Positions 36,809 to 42,567 of a DNA stretch of 42,567 bases are shown in pieces (within the stretch, counting starts at the first letter, position 1; the number at the start of each line of letters is the position of its first letter). Under the pieces are notes generated by a model. That model was not told where the DNA came from and ran no database searches. It worked only from the letters and a program-made list of their open reading frames with translations. Made by a program: the position numbers and the translations under genes. This stretch comes from Chiloscyllium plagiosum (Eukaryota), in assembly GCF_004010195.1 (NCBI RefSeq), contig NC_057719.1, forward strand, positions 66,944,764-66,987,330, written 5' to 3'.

Positions 36809-37351
36809 GTACGGATGGCACTAGTTCCTCTTGACAAATAGGCAGCTTGTGTTGTTTGGTCATCTTTATTGTCATAGTAAATTTGAAGCAGAAGAATTAA
36901 AATTTGCTTTATCCGTATTTTGGCCATATATCACATAGTCTGACATAGTGTAATGTTTCAATTACAGCTGCAATGTTACTCAATGTCATTTGTTCTAATT
37001 TTTGGAATAAATTGGCGATTCACACTGAATCAGAAACCCGTGCAACTTTGAGAACCAAGTACAAAATGTAAAATTATAAAAAAATTCTGTCCAAACAAAG
37101 ATTTCAACAAAAAGATAAAAGATTAAATTGTCACTGGGTCATAATTATAACTTAGCAAGGGAATTTTTCTTTAAGATTACACACTCAGGGAAATATGTAC
37201 TCTTAAGTATTTCAATAGATTATATATTTTAGTGTTTTGAATCCAGGTGGAGGTGTTAATTATGGGTTGCAATGCAGTAGATTTGAATCTTATTGTTGTG
37301 CCATTATTCTTGTTTGATTTAGAAGGCATTGTCATCTTACCTTCTCTACAG

Positions 37352-37468
37352 AAACTCCAGCAGCTTCAGAACTTTAATACACTAATGGCAGTGGTTGGAG
37401 GTTTGTGTCATAGCTCAATTTCCAGACTCAAAGAAACAAGCACCTGTGTCCCTCATGATGTTCATAAG
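37352..37468 (+). CDS. RASGRP1: RASGRP1 coding exon (equivalent to exon 8), CDC25 domain; 117 bp
   Basis: Acceptor cttctctacAG. Translates [39 protein letters not shown], containing the RasGEF NFNxLMA..GL..S.I.RLK.T motif. Donor AAG|GTTAGT. Confidence 0.97.
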
Positions 37469-39170
37469 GTTAGTGTTTTCCTTCAGTGTTATAAACTGAT
37501 CTTCTTGTGACATTGTAAGGCTTCATGCAACTGTTTTGCGGAACATTGCAAATCTGACTGCCACAACATAATTCCCCTAAATCTCTTTTGCTCAACTGTG
37601 ACTCAAGCTGGGGTGTAGTTCCATAGGCAGCAGCGCTCTTCGGTATTTTGAGGTTGTGTTCATGTATGAGCCAAACAATGCATACAGTGGGGAACTGGAC
37701 TGTGGGAGGCATTTCCAACAAGCTCAATGACATTGTCCCCAAATACCCATAGACATGGAGCTTCCAGATGCAGTCACTAAACAATGATCAGGAGTAGGGG
37801 GTACTGCCTAATTTTCACCTTCCGGCTCAGAGTTATGGAGGTCAATTTTTGTGGTCTCTACTGTCACCCAAGGTGACATTTCTTCAATATCATGGAAATG
37901 AAATTTCAGGAGGCCAACAACTTTTTTTCAAAGGAAAACAAGAACAGCAAATATTCTGGCCCTCTGTAGTTGTCAGGTTCCCATCTGTGGCAAGTGTAAT
38001 ATCGTTGGTCCATTTTGGCATAAAATAATATTCCACAGCCTGTATATGTCTTAGAAGCTGTCAGTCAGTTGGAAACAAATAAGCAAAGCAAGAACTAAGA
38101 AACAAAGATTGTATCTTGATTTGAATGCACAGTTTGGCTGTTCTAGGTAATATATAGAGTACAAACAGCATTATATATGGAATCAATGTGTAGGTGAAAA
38201 GATAGATTCAATGATCTTTCTGTGTTTTTCTGTGCAATTAAACTTTAGTATGTGTAAAAACAATCATCAAATCATATATCCTCTATGAAAACTGATATTT
38301 AAGATTTAGTGGTATTCATTTTCTATGATTTACAGTTTCAAGCCATCCCTTTTCAACAGGACATTACAATATAGATTGAAGAATAAAAAATGACACTCAC
38401 AATGAAGGCAACTTGATTTTTATTTTATTCAAATGATTACTATGTATTCAGAAAAGGTTCCCTTACTAGCTACCTCCCCAAATGGTAGGCAGAATTTAAT
38501 GTAATTGACATGATTTCAGCACATGGATTGGAGAGCCAGTGGGAAATCCTGCCTCACTTCTGAGGGGTAGGCCTGACCTCTCAGATATTTAACGGGATTC
38601 GGAATCCTATGGATGTAAATGCTGCTCACTAAAAGAGGCCAGAAACCAAACATAACGGACAGTGCCTTTGGCAGTAGTGTGTGCTCTTGGTTTTGAACTG
38701 AGGGAGACTGTCAGAATCAGCAAAAGACATAGTTCACAATTGAGTAAGGGTGGGAAGAGGTCATGAGAATAGGGTGCATGGAAATCAGAGATAAGGGCAA
38801 GGAGCAACCACTATCCCACCTTACGCTATCTTTCATGATTGAACACTAAGTGCTGAGGAACCCTTGTTATCTCCCTTTGCCTCCCCAAAACAGCGGATTC
38901 TTGCAGGATGAAAGCCAAAACCTGTTTGGCAGAGTTACATGGGCCCACAATCAACAGAAAAGGTATAAAATACCAACTTAACATGGTGCTGGCTAAATGC
39001 TGATGACTTATATGATAATGAATTTCCATGCCTTTATTTAATTCTATGTTTTCATTGGGCATGTATACTCTACAGCTGTCAAAAGGAAACTTAGTTGGAA
39101 GATAAATGATTCATTTTAAGCAAAAACATTCAGAAGCGCTTGTCTGTAACTTTGGGTTTTTCCAATGTAG

Positions 39171-39446
39171 GTGATGAATGAAATGACTGAGCTGCTCTCG
39201 TCCAGTGGAAACTACAACAACTACCGACGTGTGTACAGTGAATGCACAGACTTCAAGATCCCTATTCTGGGTGTCCACCTGAAAGATCTTATCTCACTAC
39301 ACGAAGCCTTGCCAGATTGTGTTGAAGACAACAAAATTAATGTACACAAATTGCAGACTCTCTACAATCACATCAATGAGCTTGTGCAGCTTCAGAACAC
39401 TGCACCCCCATTAGATGCGAACAAGGACCTAGTGCACTTGCTCACA
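39171..39446 (+). CDS. RASGRP1: RASGRP1 coding exon (equivalent to exon 9), CDC25 helical hairpin region; 276 bp
   Basis: Acceptor tttttccaatgtAG. Translates [49 protein letters not shown]...[14 protein letters not shown]. Donor ACA|GTATGT. Confidence 0.97.
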
Positions 39447-41144
39447 GTATGTCTGCCTGTACTCTGATAGTTGTTTGTCTCAGTTTTCGATTCCTAAGGG
39501 CAATCATTGGTAGAAGCGTGAAAGTGGCACCCCAAATGTTGGGGCATTTAGGTCTCAGAAATAGCAGGAAAACTGTAGCTAAAGCATACACAAGTGACAT
39601 GAATTCAGCACCTTGACACAGTTTACAACAAAAAGCATCCTTTCATAAATGCAAGCTGCTTTTGAAAATGCTGAATAATACTATTTCTACAGACAGTATG
39701 AAAGAATGGTTCTAGAAAAAGTACAAATAATGCTGATTTATTAAGAGAAGCCCACAATTTGGATAAAATAGTTCCAATCCTCAAAAACAAAATATAAATC
39801 TACCATTTCCAGTATCTTATTCTGTACGAATCCTGAGATTGATGCCAATATATTGATGCTAGACCATACATTCATATTATAAAATATCAACATTGTGATT
39901 AGTCAGACTGATCACAAGCCCAGCAGAAATGAAACTCTTGATCAACCTACTGTTTTCATTATTAGAAAACTTCTGTCTGGATTTCTAAATTGCCCATCTC
40001 TTTGTATGATAGTCCCACATTAAGGTGTGCAAACTAAAATTTTAAGGAGGTGTCATCTTCAGACAATTCCTTTTATTTAACTATTTGAGAGGATAAAATT
40101 AAATTTTACAACTCAAATTAAAGCAAGTTAGCAAGTCACTTTCACAATCAACATGAGGAAATATTGATGAACTTGTTAAAATCAGAAAACCATTTCCTTC
40201 TGTGATCTGTGTAAAGTGCTTGACAAACAATAAATTGAATATTTTAAGAAAAACAACTCTATTATAATATAGAATAAATGCAATTTAACCTCACTACATT
40301 ATTTCCCTTGTGCTTCTATACACTGTATTTAATTGAAGAGGAACTCTGGAAAGGTGCTCCCTGAAAGTTGGTGAAATTAAATTGATAAGCATTAATCTGA
40401 ATACACTATTCCAGCAAACATTATTTTCAGTAGGTTCACTTAACCTGCAACCCCATCCTTTGTACTGGCGCCTCCATTCATTGGAGGTTTCATGATTGAA
40501 TTTGAAGCAGAGATCTTGTGAAATCTGCCAGAAGCCTGTTATAAAGTCATTATTAGGTGAAATTATAAAAATTCAAATAGTGTTCTTCATCTGCAGAGTC
40601 TTATTAGAGATTATTACCCTCTGGGCAGCCTCATTAGGACATGCACAATAGAATGCATGTAGTGACAATAAATCAAAATATTCGCTAATGCCCAAACACT
40701 TCAGACTAGGACCAAGGTAAATTGTACTTTGAAAATTAATATTCAAAGCATAATTTATCAATGTTACCTGTCTATTAATTGACAAAAATCAATATTAAGT
40801 ACATTATGATAGTCATGCTTATAAAGTCAATATTTTGTGGAATAACTTCTCCTGTCACAAAGTGTTGATCAAAGTTCGGGCACCACTTTCCAAGGTGAAG
40901 GTAAACATGAGAATATAAGCTGTCACCAGACATCTGTACATATCTTGGCTGTCTGCTCAATTGCAGCATTGCTGTAAAGTTGGGTGGTGTCACTACTTGC
41001 CTGTTTACATGGTGCACAGTTCTGGGATGGGGTGGGAGCAAGAGGAGAAAGAAATGGATGCTCATTCATGTCTGGATACTATGAGAAAATTGCTCATGGT
41101 GAATAATGTAACAAGTGACAGTTTAGCTTTCTCACAGGGATTAA

Positions 41145-42140
41145 GAATATAAGACATAGGAGCAGGAAAATGCTGCTTGGACCTTCAAATATGCCCCACT
41201 GATCATGGCTGGTATGCCCCAGGTCTCAACTCCTATTTCATGCCAACTCTTCATGGCCCTCAACTCCCTGATATATCAAAAATCTATCACCTCTTTAAAT
41301 GTTTTGAGTGATCTAGCCTCCAAAACTCCTTGGGGAAAAGAATTCCATACATTTGCTAACTTCTAAGAGATCAAATTCCTTTGCATGTCAGTTTTAAGTG
41401 AATGTTCCCTAATTCCCCTACTAGTGGAAATATCTTCTCAACATCCACTCTGTGAAGCCACTTCAGAACCTGGTATATTTCAATAAGATTACCACTCATT
41501 CTGCTGAATGGTAATGAATAAAAGTCTAACCAGTGTGCTCCCTGATGTTTTTTGGCTGTGTGGACCTTGGAGGTCAATGCACAACAGTGACACCTGAATC
41601 AGGAATTCAAAGCCACATTTGCCATAACTGGACCCTTGGAGTGGCTGCAAGAATGCAGCTTAGATGGAATGCTGGTCCTAACCTGTTTAGCTACTCTTGA
41701 CAACAGCCTCTCACAAATCAACATAGTGGATTGCGTTTGAACTGCCTCCAATGCCAAGTAAATCCTTTTTTAATTATGGGGCGCAAGACTGTACAGTACT
41801 TCAGATGCAGCCTCACCAACACCCTGGTAGCAAGACTTTACTATTTTTATCTCCAAACAATAAAGGCCAAAATTCCATTTGCTTCCTGAATTAGTTGACT
41901 TTTCATGCACAAGGACACTCAGACCCCTTTGTGCAGGAACTTTTTTGGAGTCTCTCACCATTTAAAGAAGAGCCTGCCCTTTTAGATTTTTCCAAGCAAA
42001 GTGCATGACTTCACACTTCTATGCATTAAACTCTATCTGCCAAATTCATGCCCCCTCACTCAACCTATCTATATCAGATTCCTCATGTCCTCATCACAAT
42101 ATGCCACTCCACACATTTTTGTATCATCAGCAAATTGGGA
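41145..42140 (-). mobile_element. Diverged CR1 3' fragment, interrupted by a small insertion and cut by a younger CR1
   Basis: Minus-strand GNLIEIYQVLKWLHRVDVEKIFPLVGE; plus-strand reading IFVSSAN (the reverse of FADDTK) at ~42115-42135. Confidence 0.82.
41531..41674. mobile_element. Possible hAT-type MITE, 144 bp
   Basis: CAG…CTG termini with degenerate TIRs (CAGTGTGCTCCCT / TAGATGGAATGCTG). Flanks GT-CTAAC and GTCCTAAC resemble an 8-bp TSD. Interrupts the CR1. Confidence 0.4.
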
Positions 42141-42144
42141 TACA

Positions 42145-42567
42145 TTGAAAGGATATTGGAGCGGGAGGGGGAGGATCCAGTTGTTGTGGTCCACGTTGGT
42201 ACCAACAACATAGGCAAGACTAGGGTGGAGGACCTGTTTGGGCATTACGAAGCACTAGGCAAGAAATTGAAGCACAGGTCCTCAAGGGTCATAATCTCCG
42301 GATTACTGCCCGAGACACGTGCCAATTGGCATAGGGACAAGAAAATTAGGCAAGTAAACACGTGGCTAAGGGATTGGTGTGGGAAAGAGGGATTCCACTT
42401 CATGGGGCATTGGCATCAGTTTTGGAACAGGGGGGATCTGTACCATTGGGACGGTCTCCACCTGAACCGATCAGGTACCAATGTTCTAGCGAAGAGGATA
42501 AATAGGGTGGCCAGTAGGACTTTAAACTTCTGAGTTGGGGGGAAGAGAAAGTGAAAGCGACAGGGAG
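42145..42567 (+). mobile_element. CR1 LINE ORF1 SGNH esterase C-terminal part, frame intact; element probably continues beyond the window
   Basis: ERILEREGEDPVVVVHVGTNNIG…RVIISGLLP…DGLHLNRSGTNVLA…; homologous to 6280-6640 but without stops or frameshifts. Confidence 0.88.

Noticed and set aside
42048..42533. 161-aa ORF as a host GDSL lipase or PAF-acetylhydrolase gene
   Set aside because: Chimeric: the N-terminus is antisense CR1 sequence and the rest is CR1 ORF1 lacking the catalytic GDS block.
39447..42567. Next RASGRP1 exon (LSLDLYYTEDEIYELS…-like)
   Set aside because: Not found; presumably downstream of the window.

Overview
Eukaryotic (vertebrate) genomic DNA, most likely from a shark: it carries HE1-type V-SINEs, Deu-domain SINE relics, abundant CR1 LINEs and Penelope elements. 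The window lies inside one + strand gene, RASGRP1 (Ras guanyl-releasing protein 1). Seven coding exons splice into one open 1022-nt frame covering the REM and CDC25/RasGEF domains: 19949-20054, 28043-28105, 30975-31106, 33709-33862, 36635-36808, 37352-37468 and 39171-39446. They correspond to human exons 3-9 by recalled sequence. The 5' exons and the EF-hand/C1 exons were not found and presumably lie outside the window. The intron 20055-28042 is a U12-type (minor spliceosome) AT-AC intron. A strong U2-type GT donor sits 63 nt inside it, and splicing from that donor would create a TGA stop. The same intron contains a ~95-bp foldback, a Harbinger Myb/SANT relic, and a three-level CR1 > solo LTR > SINE nest. 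Several Penelope-derived segments carry minimal type I hammerhead ribozyme motifs. One young Penelope insertion has a 12-bp TSD and an uninterrupted GIY-YIG frame. Most ORFs in the supplied track are retroelement debris or chance ORFs. I see no clear wholly new system; the best candidates are splicing and RNA-structure hypotheses. Repeat boundaries are approximate, and family names come from recall rather than a database search.
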